Shown here: positions 50,477-64,000 of the stretch, piece after piece
Position numbering within the stretch: position 1 is the stretch's first letter
Layout of the letters: every line of letters starts with the position of its first letter
Position numbers and translations under genes: made by a program
Assembly: GCF_006345805.1 (NCBI RefSeq)
Contig: NC_043021.1
Coordinates: 24,552,001-24,616,000 of the forward strand
DNA from: Octopus sinensis
Lineage: Eukaryota
Direction: 5' to 3'
DNA length: 64,000 nucleotides
The notes under the pieces: model-generated
Told to the model about the DNA's origin: nothing
Database searches by the model: none
What the model saw: the letters and a program-made list of their open reading frames with translations, nothing else

Positions 50477-51192
50477 CCACACATATATGTATGCATGTAT
50501 ATATTTGTATGTGTGTATACATTTATATGTACATTAACACACATATACACATATATACATATATATACATATATATACATATACGTTTATACATACATAT
50601 ATATATATATATATCCATCCTCTCTTATTTTTATCCAATTCTGTCGTGATGGCTTTGATGTAAAGGTAAAGCGTTCTCTTGTTAATAGCGGTGAACTTCA
50701 CTCGTTTCTTTGACCGTAATTATTCAGATTTATTCAGTAACCTTTTTATTTATTGAGTTCAGTAACTTCGTTCTATTTTCTGCTGTCGCCTCTCTACAGA
50801 TGTGAGCTTTATGCCGTAGAGACAGTGACGGGAAGAGAAAACCGTTGAAACTAGACAAGTCATAGTATATTACAGAAAAGCGACATTGCTATTTGCAATT
50901 TAAATTTCATTAACATTGGCACGGATGTTCACAATCGGTCTGTGATGGTGGAGAGGAATGGAATGTGTGAATTTGATGTGAAACAAGGTGTCATGAGTTC
51001 AATACCCTACAGAACCTGATAAAGAACGGAGGCTAATCTACAGAAACTAGGTTTTTTTGGTTTGTTTTTTTAATTTAGAAATGAGCAAAAACTAACTCTA
51101 CTTACTATTGCTGGCTCGACAACTAAGTTTAGATATTTTGACATCTTTCTACATTCATTTAAAGATCAGTCTGCCTGTCTGCCACTCACTGA

Positions 51193-51245
<53 letters not shown>

Positions 51246-51282
51246 TATATATATATATATTTTTTTTTTTTTCTTTTTTTTT

Positions 51283-51617
51283 TTTACTTGTTTCAGTCAT
51301 TTTGACTGCGGCCATGCTGGAGCACCACCTTTAATGAAGCAACTCGACCCCGGGACTTATTCTTTGTAAGCCCAGTACTTATTCTATCGGTCTCTTTTGC
51401 CGAACCGCTAAGTGACGGGGACAAATACACAACCACACAAACATACATATATATATATATACATATATACGACGGGTTTCTTTCAGTTTCCGTCTACCAA
51501 ATCCACTCACAAGGCTTTGGTCGGCCCGAGGCTATAGTAGAAGACACTTTCCCAAGGTGCCACCCAGTGGGACTGAACCCGGAACCATGTGGTTGGTAAA
51601 CAAGCTACTTACCACAT
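51283..51617 (-). mobile_element. SINE family A
   Basis: Reverse complement of the family-A consensus seen at 2213-2654. Confidence 0.9.
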
Positions 51618-51839
51618 AAACATATATAATTTGTGTGTGTGCGTGCGCGTAAGCTATTTTGAAAATGCCATTATTTTTGAAAATATTTAGTTTGAAGCAA
51701 TGCACACAGTGTGCATTAATAGCAGTATGTTAAATATTCTTCTACATTCCTATTAATATTTACACTGTCAAAATGTATTTCTTTTGTTGTATGGAGACGA
51801 TCGTAACTGAAGAATGAAATAGAATTAGAATTCACCAAG

Positions 51840-52750
51840 GGAAGGTGTGTCAGAAGAAAGTGATTCAACACCGCAGGTTGAAAAACCAGAAGACGTGTGG
51901 CCAAAACCTCCCGGAAAGAAACCATAGCGAGATGTCATTCTACAGTTGAATCGGAACAGCCAAGAAAAGAGATAGGCGTGAAGAAGCCAAAGATTCAGTG
52001 GCCGAAGGCAAATGATGCAGCAAGTTATCTCGACGACGAGATAGCAAGAATGACCACCAAATTCAAAGAGGACGACAAACAAAAGCTCGAGAACTTGGCC
52101 AATACAATCTATCGGGAAGAGAGAAAAGATTTGCACTTGAAACAACAGGGAAGAGCTAAGATACGAGAAAAGAAGAAGAAACTAAGAACCAGATGGAGGG
52201 ATGCAAAGGAGGAGGAAAGAGAAGGGATAAAAAAAACTACACGAAGAGATAAAAAAGCGGCATCGAGACCAACTAAGAAATAAAAGGAAGAACAGAAGAA
52301 AGGAGAGAGAAAAGAACTATCGTAGTTTTGTAAACAATCCTTATCACTATGCCATAAGCTGATAGTGCCATGGGAAGAGAACCTCGCTTATGCAGAGTAA
52401 TGGAAGGAGAAGAGGTATGAGAGATTAATCGAAGAGTGCAGGGAACAGGGATGGACTGTCGAGTATTACCACCTGGCAGTGGGGGCTAGAGGCTTCATTG
52501 AAAGGAAAATGGTGACGTTATTTAAAAGGTTTGCATTTTTTAGCTCAGAGCTCGAAAAAGGAAGATACAGAAGGCCAGCTTCTATGTATGGCTGAAACGA
52601 GAAGAGCCGAAATGGTTCGAAAGACATAACACACCGACTGGGAAATCGCGTCGCTTGGTGAGGCTAGCTGGCGCTTAAGCAGCATCGGTGCTGCTTGACA
52701 GGAGGGCCAAGAGAGCGATCTCGTTCATTGCGCCTCTCCTCCTCGATAGT
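51840..52750 (+). pseudogene. HERO-like non-LTR retrotransposon with the entire RT deleted
   Basis: The N-terminal region KIQWPKAND..LDDEI..KLENLANTIY..RWRDAKEEEREGI..FVNNPY joins at ~52344-52356 to the RLE C-terminus LIVPWEEN..KRYERLIEECREQGW..AVGARGF..SFYVWLKR. Both match recalled HERO-clade motifs. Confidence 0.78.
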
Positions 52751-53290
52751 TTGAAGGATTGTATCACCATTCAGCTGGTCGGCTCTGACAGCTGGAACTG
52801 AAACTAACACGACGCTGTTGGAAGGGAGATTTAGAGACGGCCTGGGCCAACACTACATGTCCTTCTCCTCCATTGGTCAGTTGAAGCTTAGATAGTATCA
52901 CGTGACAGTCAGCTGGTGCTGGTTGCTGGAGCCTACCGGCGAGTATTTAAAGGGAAATTTGGCAGAATGGTCAGTCACCAAAGAAAAAGAAAGAAAGAAA
53001 AAATGCACTCAAAACTAGAGCTGAAGACACCTCCGAAAGGGAGTGGGGCTCGCCACGTCGAAAGCGGTAGAGAAGTAGGGGCCGAAACCGGACGTGGTTC
53101 CTCCTGATAATGTCTTTAGCCACTGGATCCTGTAAAGGAGCTGTTGAGGTAGCAAACCACGGAACGTGGTTGGAATTCCTAAGAAGGAAGTTGAAGTGGA
53201 ATGGCAAGCGGCTTGATGCTGAGTAATCTAAGATGTCTTTCTTTGAATCTGGTCTTGGGAGTATCAATGTGTGAATGTATGAGTGTGTGT

Positions 53291-53329
<39 letters not shown>

Positions 53330-54589
53330 AATGTAGTAGAAACACTGTCTCAGAAGTTGGAGCAGTATTTCATAGTAGCGGTGAGACGACTCTTACGTTT
53401 AGAAGTTCATCAATTTTGTTTCTTAAATTGTAATGTGTCGGGGGAGGCGGCGGTGGTGGCGTTTCGCAGACGCCTACCATTTTGTTCACTGGTAACATTT
53501 AGTTCCTGTCGCAGTCAACTAAAGTCACTCGGTTAAGTTTCCACGCAGCATCTGTTGGGGGTTTCACTTATTTGAAACTTATTCATCGCCATATATTTCC
53601 CAGCTACTCTTTCCTCACACACATTTGCTTCATTGGCTTTTCCGGTCGTTGGCGAGTACTTCCGCTTTTTCTTTAATATGTTTATTTACTTCTATTACTC
53701 ACGAAATATCTTTTATTTATTCCACCCCACCATCTCCTGTAATGCCGCATAATCTCAGTCACTTGTGGGTGATGCTTTGTTTTTTAAAGAATTCAATAAT
53801 TTTAATTTAATCTGTTATGTTTTTTTCCGTGAAATTATATCCTGCTATGCAACAATAGATTATTTCCAACAAACTACATCGTTCTTTCCTCTCTGTAAAT
53901 TATATATGCAATTCTTGCTAAAACTGTATGCTTTCTAGTAATTCAGGAAGGCAATTTTACCTAACCATTTTGTTTCTGTGTTTTACGATAAAATTCCGGG
54001 TGTGTTTTCCATTCCAAATCGAGAAATATTTTGTTTTTTTTTTGTTATATATTTCCGAAACAGGATCCCTATTTTGCCCTTGTTTCCTTTTCACCTTTGT
54101 TTCCCGCAATCTTATTATGTATTCTCAGTATGCCCAAACAACTATAAGCTCTGGAATAACAAATGTGATTTACGTATCAAATATTCAGGACATCGCCCGC
54201 ATCTTCTCTAATTTGTTCGGCGGCCATATTGGATCCTCTCGCTATTTCTTTTACTTCTTCTGAATGCTTAATAAACTTTCAGCATTGGTTGTCTCCCTTC
54301 AATGTGGACCAGCTTTTAATCTTTTTCTAACGTTACGTTTATGCTAACAGAAAGGAAGTGATGAGATGTCTCACAGCCACAAACGACCCTGCATTGCTGT
54401 AGTCAGTCATTTATGGGGTGGGGTCGGAGGGGGGGGTGATTCTTGAAGTTTGAGTTTTGCTGTTTTACACTTTTTTTCAGGTTATGGCGGTCATGGGATG
54501 GGTTCGTAGCGAGGTGGATCAGGTTGATGTCCTCCCACAACACCCTCCCCTCTTCCATCTCTTTCTCAGTATCGTTATTGTTCTCTTTC

Positions 54590-55170
54590 TCCTCGTCCCC
54601 CTCTCCTATCATCATTACCATACTCCTCCTCCTCATCATCATCACCTTTCTCTTTTCCTTTTCTTTCTACTCCTCTCCTCATCTCCTCCCCCCTTCCTTC
54701 CTTTTCCTCCTTCCCTCCTTTTCCTCCTCCCCTCCCTTCCCCCCTTTCCCTCCTTTCCCTTCTTCTCCTAGTCTCCTCCTCTTACTTCTCCTCCTACTCT
54801 TCCTTCTCCTCCTCCTCCCTTCCTCCCTTCCGCCTCCCTTCCTCCTCCCTTCCTCCTCCCTTCCTCCTCCCTTCCTCCTCCCTTCCTCCTCCCTTCCTCC
54901 TCCCTTCCTCCTCCTCTTCCTCCCTCCCCCCTTCCCCCTCCCCTCCTCCTCTTTTATCATAATTACCATACTCCTCCCTCTCATCATCTTTCTCTTTTCC
55001 TTTTCTTTCTACTCCTTTCCTCATCTCCCCCCTTCCCTCGTTTCCCCCTCCCCTCCCCCTCCCTCCCCTCCCCTCCCTCCCCTCCCTCCCCTCTTCCCTC
55101 TAGTCTTCCTCCTCTTCCTGCTCCTCTTCCTCCTCTTCTCATCTACCTCTTCATTCACCTCCCATCCTCC
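54590..55170. repeat. Polypyrimidine (CCT/CTT)n tract with internal duplication
   Basis: attaccatactcctc..tttctcttttccttttctttctactc occurs at ~54615 and ~54963. Confidence 0.9.
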
Positions 55171-55802
55171 TCAATAATGTCAATAATAATAATGTCGATT
55201 CCTTTATTTGATAACGACTTCAACAACATTTAAGCAATACCGTTCAGAGTTGAGGCAGCAAAAATTACTTCACTTCTCGGACGATTTGGAACAAACGGTT
55301 GGATGCCGCCATCTTCTCCACCATCTTTTTCAAACAAAGGTGGAAATCAAACGAAGTGATTCACTGCGAACGCTAGATCAGTTTTGTGAAGATATTCTGC
55401 AATGGAGTTTGAGATTAAAAGAGCGTGGTGCTTTAATAATGTTTAGAAGAAAGCTTGAGGAAAGTAAAGAGTTACGTAATTACTGAATAAAGACATTTGA
55501 AACACGCCGGGAAAAGGAATAGAATTAGGAGATAAAGACGTTATAAAGAGCGACAGAAAGGGAAGTAATTACTTGATAAACACATCATAAACAGCGAGAG
55601 AATGTTATAAATCCTTAGGTACAACATAAGATAAAGGAAACCGAGGTGATGGAATGTTTTTAGAGAGGAATATTGCAGAAGGTTGAAAGTTAACAGAAAT
55701 TGACCTGCAGTTTGAGTAATTTACTGCACATGTAAACCACTGGTTTCTGGGTTCGATTCATCTCTGCACGACATTGAGAATTCATATATATATATATATA
55801 TA

Positions 55803-56018
55803 CTCTCTTTTACTCTTTTACTTGTTTCAGTCATTTGACTGCGGCCATACTGGAGCACCGCCTTTAGTCGAGCAAATCGACCCCGGGACTTATTCTTTGT
55901 AAGCCCAGTACTTATTCTATCGGTCTCTTTTGCCGAACCGCTAAGTGACGGGGACATAAACACACCAGCATCGGTTGTCAAGCAATGCTAGGGGGACAAA
56001 CACAGACATACAAACACA

Positions 56019-56082
<64 letters not shown>

Positions 56083-56250
56083 CATATATACGACAGGCTT
56101 CTTTCAGTTTCCATCTACCAAATCCACTCACAAGGCATTGGTCGGCCCGGGGCTATAGCAGAAGACACTTGCCCAAGATGCCACGCAGTGGCACTGAACC
56201 CGGAACCACGTGGTTGGTTAGCAAGCTACTTACCACATAACCACTCCTGC
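55803..56250 (-). mobile_element. SINE family A
   Basis: Full reverse-complement copy with an internal (CA)n(TA)n. Confidence 0.9.
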
Positions 56251-56699
56251 GCACACAATTATACATACATGTATATACACATACGCACATACAAGCACGC
56301 ACGCACACATACATAAAGTAAAGTACAGTTATTCGCCACACACACAAACTCTACGTATACACACACGAACACACACATACATGCACACACACACACACTA
56401 CAAACAAAACACGCACACAATACATATACATACACGCACACACACACATACTTCAAACTACCATCACCTTTCACTGACCATTCTTCTACATGGGTAGATA
56501 GATACAAGAGCCACTCCTAATTCCTTCTTCCTTGACCTTAAACAATACTAAGTCCTACAACACACATAGATTAACATCCACAGCCAGACACACACGTGCT
56601 ATCATTGCACACATACACACATAAAGACACACGCACACGCAGACCTGCACGCATACACATATCCACACTTACACACATATACCTCCTCTTGCACTCTCC

Positions 56700-57070
<371 letters not shown>

Positions 57071-57556
57071 TATATGAAAAAACAAGTCAAAATAGAAAAT
57101 GCTAAAATAATTTTATAAAGAACATTTCAGTAACCGGTATCGGTCATTTTGAGACCTTTTCAACTGTAACGATTAAATAATTAAATTTAGAAAAATTAGA
57201 AGAAAAGTGTTTTAAAAGGAATATTTGTATAGTGTTCAGATATAAGTGGCATTCTGCCTTTCTCTGACTCCCTTGTTTGCACTTGTGTGTTCGAGGTCGT
57301 TGTGAATTCTTGGTAGGGTAGAAGAAGAAGGCCGATGAGGAGAGGAGGTGGGAAAATCTGGGAGTGCCCTGATGGTCGTATTTTGAATGGTCAGTGGCGG
57401 CTAACAGTCGCAGTTCAATTCAGGAGAATATTTCTATTGAAAGGCTTGTTTATGGAATTTGCGTAGGTGTTATACTAAAAAGCATTAGTGACAAAGTTAA
57501 GAGGTAGAAGGTGGAGAAGAAGAAGAAGAAGAAGAAGAAGAAGAAGAAGAAGAAGG

Positions 57557-58852
57557 GACGACTTGGATATGCTCAATCACCTACCGAATACTATAAACAA
57601 AAACACCATACTGGTATCCTTCGATGTAGTCAACCTCTACTCCAATATCCCCCACAACCTAGGACTAGAGGCAATCCAATTCTGGCTAGAGAATCACGCC
57701 AACGAACTACCACATCGCATCAAAAAAGAATTCGTGATAGAAGGGGTTAAATTCATCCTGGAAAATAACTTCTTCGCCTTCAATGACAACTTCTACCGAC
57801 AAAAATCGAGGACTGCGATGGGTACACGAATGGCCCCTCCTTTGCCAACCAGGAAATTTTAAACGGACTGGACGTAAACATCCAATTCACGATGGAATAT
57901 AGCCAGCAACAACTCCCCTTCCTCGATATCCTCATTAAGAAAGCTAATAATATAATAGAAACAGACATATATTATAAGCCTACAGACTCTAAGCAATATC
58001 TTCCATTCAATTCATGCCACCCCAGACACACCAGGATGAATATCCCCTTCAATCTAGCAAAAAGGATATGCACTATAGTCTCTAACGCAAACACCAGAGA
58101 CACACGACTACAAGAACTAAAAGATACCCTTATCACCAGGAACTATCCACCTTCACTTATTGACAAGTGCATTCAACGTGCCCTTCAAGGAACTGAGACA
58201 TCCCAAATCAAAGAAAAACTTACGACCAAAAGCCTTACCATACATCTCCACACACAACCCTCTCAATAACGAAGCCTTCGGCACCATCCTCCACAACATA
58301 CCCCTCCTAAAAAAAGACCACAGAATGAACACACTCCTCCAAACACACACGATCATAAAAAGCAAGAGACAGCCTAAATCCATGAAAAGTCTCCTAACAC
58401 AAGCCCGAATTCACTCTTCAACACAGAAGCCGACAGTAAAAAAATGTAGAAGACCCAATTGCGGGATATGCGACTATCTAATTGAGGGATCAGAGTTCTC
58501 CTTCAAACAGGGACAACGGTTTACAGTGAAAAGCAACTTCACATGTGCTTCGGAGAACCTAATATACTCACTAACCTGCTCCGGGTGTCAAGAGCAGTAC
58601 ATAGGCCAAACGAAAAATAGTTTGCGTAAAAGAATGGCCCTGCACAGATCCCAGATAAAAATTCCCCAAAACAGAAAAATAGCTTTTAGCCAACACATAG
58701 ATACTTGCGCCAACAACAAAACACCAAGCTTCAGGATTTTCCCCCTCTACCAATTTAGGGACGATACAACCTCGAGACAACGAATAAGTAAAGAAACTCT
58801 CTTTATTACAAAATACAGGCCACTTTTTAACGGGTCTACGACAAACGATTAA
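57557..58852 (+). pseudogene. PLE RT (motifs A-B, D-thumb) + Cys-rich linker + GIY-YIG endonuclease; YxDD region deleted
   Basis: LVSFDVVNLYSNIP; AMGTRMAP; IQFTME..LPFLDI..YYKPTD..SCHP; KKCRRPNCGIC; TCASENLIYSLTCSGCQEQYIGQT..H..QHIDTC..KE..I..N. Confidence 0.92.
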
Positions 58853-59518
58853 TATACCTCAACTTTAGAATAAAAGAATACACACCAAATATTACATTCC
58901 AAAGAATCCATTACTAATCAGCCCCAATCACAGCTATAATCCATAACATGCCAACTTCAAGTCATACAACACCTCACTACTTTCACCCATTCATATTCTC
59001 CCTTCTCTGTTTTCTTCTTCTTCCTCTTCTTCTTCATCATCATCATCATCATCATCGTCGTCATCATCATCACCACCACCATCATCATCATCATCATCTT
59101 CTTCTCCTTCTTCTTCTCCTCCTCTTCTTCTTCTTCTTCTTCTTCTTCTTCTTCTTCTTCTTCTTCTCCACCTTCTACCTCTTAACTTTGTCACTAATGC
59201 TTTTTAGTATAACACCTACGCAAATTCCATAAACAAGCCTTTCAATAGAAATATTCTCCTGAATTGAACTGCGACTGCTAGCCGCCACTGGCCATTCAAA
59301 ATACGACCATCATGGCACTCCCAGATTTTCCCACCCCCTCTCCTCATCGGCCTTCTTCTTCTTCTACCCTACCAAGAATTCACAACGACCTCGAACACAC
59401 AAGTGCAAACAAGGGAGTCAGAGAAAGGCAGAATGCCACTTATATCTGAACACTATACAAATATTCCTTTAAAAAAACTTTTCTTCTAATTTTTCTAAAT
59501 TTAATTATTTAATCGTTA

Positions 59519-59555
59519 CAGTTGAAAAGGTCTCAAAATGACGAAACCGGTACTG
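59519..59555 (+). ncRNA. Minimal hammerhead ribozyme, U3-A8 compensated core
   Basis: CAG TTGAAAA G GTC-TCAAAAT-GAC GAAA CCGG T A CTG. Stem I is CAG/CTG, stem III the palindrome ACCGGT, and the cleavage triplet GUA. Confidence 0.7.
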
Positions 59556-59648
59556 AAATGTTCTTTATAAAATTATTTTAGCATTTTCTATTTTGACTTG
59601 TTTTTCATATATATCAACTCATGTGTTCCTTTTCACCCTTAACATATC

Positions 59649-59740
<92 letters not shown>

Positions 59741-59777
59741 TATACATACATATATATATATATATATATAATATTAT

Positions 59778-59815
<38 letters not shown>

Positions 59816-60099
59816 CACATGTACACATATACATATATATATTATATATATATACACACATATACACATATACATACACACACACACACACACACATATA
59901 TATATGGTTTTAAATCTCTGAAAGAGATTCACATAGTAACAGTACTAAACGGTAAAGGCTGTAATCACTTTTGCGTGACTCTTCCATACAGAACAAGTGT
60001 TACAATATTTTAACCCCAGGTAAACATTTTCTCTCGCTTGCTATCGACACGCTATCTGTGTCTGTTTTATTATGAGCAAAGGAGCGAACTACTCCGAAT

Positions 60100-61655
60100 G
60101 TAAATAATATATATCCATATATATATTTGCTACTTTCGTGTAAAAGAGAAAGTAGCAATCAACACATTTGGCTGTAGTTACATGCATTGAATAGCGGTTT
60201 GGTTCAGCTCCACATTGCTTAAAGTTTCGTAGGCGTAGACAGCGTCTATCTTGTGAGAGGGGAGAGGTGCGTGCGTGTGTGGTGCGTACGTACACACCAA
60301 AATGGAAATGAAATTGTGCACACCTATCTGTCACACATCACCGTACACTCAAACGAGGGACAGTATTGGATGCAAAATTTTCTCCGATGATTTTCGAAAA
60401 AATTCCACATCGGATCCAACTGAGAGAGGGTCCGATTTTACATGTGGCCGTCGAAAGCAGAAAACTACGTTGCTACGCTTGTGGTAGCAAAGCACACTTA
60501 TAGATCAACTGCCCACTAGCACAGAAACAACATCGACAGCAACAACGACAACAAGATCACGAAAAACAACAACCACCACCACAAGAAAACCAAAAAAAAC
60601 GAGCAAAAAACGAGCATTGCTACCCACCCACACCGCCATATGCACAACTAATTAAGCAGCTCCACAAACAAGTGAAGGAACATCAGTAACCAACAAGTCA
60701 GCCCAACCAAACAACACCACCACCAGCGCCACCAAGAACAGAAACAACACCATCATCACCACCACCATCAACAACAACAACTTCAAAGGAGGAAGAGAAA
60801 ACCAAAAAGACTCATACCCCACTACCCCCAAAACCCATACACCACACCCCAACTGTCACCAACACCAACAACAACATACTCAGAAATAGACCCCAATACA
60901 CTTCCCGTCCCACCCTCTGATTCTTCCTACATGTCGTCGGATGAAGACGACACAGAGGATTGGCAAGAGGCCACAGGGAGAGGGAGAAAAAATGGGGGAA
61001 AAAATAGAAAGGCAAACAAACCAAAACACCCGCAGAAAACAAAAGCATCAACGCAAACACACTAACACCAAAACCCACAACAATGTTGACAGCCCAAAAC
61101 ACCAACAACCCCGACCTAATGGAACACATTAGGTCAAACACCAACATAACCGAAAATGATACCAAAACAAAGAATCACCCACGCAGAACACCACCACAAC
61201 ACATTAAAATCATACAGATAACACAGAACACACAGCACCCTGAAATCTCTCTACCTTGATGCAGTTGGGAGATTCCAAAAATACCTGTCTAAAAAGCTAT
61301 ACAAAAACCTTTTGGGAGAAGACTGTGAGGTGAAGGACAAACTTTCGGACAGTAAGTGACTCTCTCTCTTTCTCTCTTTCGTCTTCTTTTCGTGTGTAAA
61401 ACACAACTTTCGATAGGAACATGCTCAAAATAGGCAGCATAAATGTACGTGGCTTGGGGTCACCTTGGAAACAAGGCTACCTGTTAAACGACATCAAGTC
61501 ACTAAATCTGCATATCATAGCCATCAGTGAGACCAGATTCCACAGCCCGCGGACACTCCAGCACATGTTTGGCGCACATTTCGACATTTATTTTTCTCCG
61601 TGTCTACCGAGAATGGGTGGAGGTGGTACCGCGGTGCTTCTTCGGAATGACTGTG
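60100..61655 (+). mobile_element. L1/Tx1-like LINE 5' portion: decayed ORF1 plus start of ORF2 (APE)
   Basis: Zinc knuckle CYACGSKAHL*INC at 60471-60512 and a T/N/K-rich region, then ORF2 from 61421: MLKIGSINVRGLGS..IIAISETR..GGGTAVLL (APE N-terminus). Similarity ends at ~61655. Confidence 0.8.
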
Positions 61656-62277
61656 TCAGCTCGTTGCCCTAAAGTTCTAAATAACTTCGATAAGAATAAC
61701 AACAAGCAGTTCCGAAAACGTAAGGAAAAACAAAAACTGAAAATTGACGGAAGTAAAATACATTTAGACGGACGAAAGAGCATATATTCGCCAAAATGGC
61801 CGAGATAAAGAAATACGGTGAAAATATTTTGTAGTAAAAATAAATCTGCTAATAAAGCAAGTTTTAGTAATTTCGACGATGAAACCGAAATAAGTTATGG
61901 AAGTTATCGCAACAAACACTGTACACAGCAAAGAGTTAGTCGAGAAAAATATTCGATAAAAGGAACGAAAGATTCAGCGAATCAGGAGAGAATTTTAAAT
62001 AGTTTTGAAGGAAGTGAAGCAAAAGAAGAAGAAAAAAATCATATTAATATTAATAGAAATATAAATTGTGCGTCGCCTAGATTAAAAGAAGGAATATTTA
62101 AGAAAATGGTTGTAGAAAAATCAAAGGATTTGAAACGGTGGCCATCGGGCAGAAAATTCGTAAACCTGGAAATCTTGGAAGCGACAACGTTTCAGGCAAT
62201 TTTAAATGAGAGACAAATATACAGATATAATAATGATGTATTTACTGTTTTTGACACGTTAGTGTTGTGAATATGAA

Positions 62278-62600
62278 GGTGCATGGCTCAGTGGTTAGAG
62301 CGCCGGGCTCACGACCACGAGGTAGTGAGTTCGATTCCCGGATGGAGCTGTGTGTTGTGTTCTTGAGCAAAACACTTTATTTCACGTTGCTCCTGTTTAC
62401 TCAGCTGAAGCAATGAGTTGCAACATCACAGGTGCCAAACCGTGTCGGACCTGGATAACATCGGTGGCGTGGAGAGGGGAGGCTGGTACGCCTGGGTGAC
62501 TGCTGGTCTTCCATAAACAACCTTGTCCGGACTTGTGCCTGGGAGGGAAACTTTCTAAGTGCAAATCCCATTGTCATTGATGACCGAAGGGAGTCTTTTA
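62278..62600 (+). mobile_element. tRNA-derived SINE, family C
   Basis: A-box tggctcagtggtt and B-box gagttcgattccc, then gttgtgttcttgagcaaaacactt. There is no tRNA acceptor stem, so this is not a tRNA gene. Confidence 0.85.
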
Positions 62601-63381
62601 ATGTAGTGAAGGCGTGTGTGGTCTAGTGGTTAAGCTAGCAATTGAGATCGTGGTTCGGTTCCTTGTATCCTTGAGAAAACCCTAACTTTAATTCACGTTT
62701 CTCCAGCTGTAAACGATTTCTATTTCGCTCCTGATAAGTATAACCTGCGAATACCGGCACCCGTTCAACGACTCTGTGACTCCACGGACACCATGTTAAG
62801 CGCCAGCCTATAAGTCCTCGGACTCACGAAAGACATATATCTGTAATATGCGGATTTTCTTTTGGACAATAATTTTCTTCCAGTTGGTTATTTTGTAAAA
62901 ATACTGTAAGCTCTAAATGATGTCGGCGGAGTATCACATTTTCGGCTTAATTCCGCCTCCTCAGTGCTAAACATTGTTTCAATACGAGAGAGGAATTTTG
63001 TTCCTCTCTGCAAATAACAAACAAAACATGTATTTGATATCCCGCTGATGCCATTTTGAGCATTTTTCCACACGACTAAAGTTGGAAATCTATTTTCTGA
63101 GACAAAATTTTTCAGTAAATATCATTCAAGTTCAAATGAGCAAGAACGTGTTAAAAATAGATGCACACATCATTATTTTGATTGTCCCGCTTCGTGTGTT
63201 TATGCTGAACATATAATGTTTAGTGGAAAATAAACATTGTTCACCAGGGCTGGGGTGGAAGTGGAAATTTAGAGCGAGATACAGGAAGAGGAAGAGAAAG
63301 AGAAAGAGAAAGATCAGTTAGAGAGACAATATGGAGGGAGAGAGGACGAGAGTGGGGGGGAAACAGGAAGAGAAATACTGA

Positions 63382-63419
<38 letters not shown>

Positions 63420-64000
63420 GAGAGAGAAAGAGAATGAAGTAAACAATGGACTCTCGTAGTGAAAAGTTAAAATCGATCGCAGTGGAATTTGAACTCGGAT
63501 CTCACGATTAACTGGAGAGAATGAATGACTCAACATGTTCTATTCTAACAGCTCTTTCGTGCCTCGCCATAATGAAGAAAACAACAAACACATACGTATA
63601 CAGTGAAAAACATGATACAACAACAACTACTACTAATGCTGCTGCTGCTGTTCAATTAAATGTACTATCGATTAAAACTAGTTTACTTCAGCCCCGAGGC
63701 AAGTTCCAGTTTTCTATTTATTTTAGAAATATTTCCAATTCTTCGTCGTTGTTCCTTAGCATTTCCTCGATTATGTATTTTTTTTGTAATTTTCACCTCG
63801 ATTTTTTTTTTTTTTTTGGTTTTGATTTAATTAATTTTATCTGATTCAGTTCAGTTAAATTATTTACGTATGTATACATATACACGCGTGATTAGATAAC
63901 GCACACACATACTAATAACGATACACATATATATGCACGCACACAAGCATGTTTGCACACGACCACGTGCAGAGAAGAGAACATTAGATTCTTAAAAGTA

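Noticed and set aside
52990-53110. CTGAAGA...GAAA...CCGAAACCGG as a hammerhead
   Set aside because: No consistent stems or UH cleavage triplet. It is at most a decayed PLE pLTR remnant, with ATTGG, CACGTG and TATTTAAA motifs upstream.
54403-55177. Pro/Ser/Leu-rich 244-aa ORF and opposite-strand Glu/Gly/Arg ORFs
   Set aside because: Polypyrimidine low-complexity tract with no domain motifs.
62278-62345. tRNA gene
   Set aside because: A and B boxes are present but there is no closing acceptor stem, and the sequence continues into a SINE body also seen at 45060-45282.

Overview
This is eukaryotic, AT-rich, repeat-saturated DNA. The SINE families and (TA)n/(CA)n density suggest an octopus genome; that is an inference from recalled repeat families, not a search. 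No intact host gene can be supported, and most ORF-track entries are microsatellite or low-complexity translations. One 100-N gap lies at 24258-24357. Mobile elements dominate: (i) a ~9 kb Penelope-like element (PLE) at 10815-19830 with a complete but frameshifted RT+GIY-YIG ORF, ~1.6 kb inverted arms and minimal hammerhead ribozymes; (ii) an inverted Neptune-like PLE at 57069-59615 with the catalytic YxDD deleted; (iii) several PLE tips, usually ending in (TA)n; (iv) HERO, R4/Dong-like, RTE-like and L1/Tx1-like LINE remnants; (v) a non-autonomous Helitron; (vi) three tRNA-derived SINE families; (vii) a 35-bp minisatellite of ~1.9 kb. The most notable signal is that the sense copy of the large PLE begins at 12689, at the predicted hammerhead cleavage site, defining a 7040-nt cleavage-to-cleavage unit. 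Four PLE families here carry four different hammerhead cores (canonical, U4C, A6U, compensated U3-A8), all with a palindromic minimal stem III. Hammerheads in PLEs are established knowledge; the junction position and the variant set are what the sequence adds. The many single-base indels in homopolymers suggest uncorrected long-read error, so frameshifts may not be biological.
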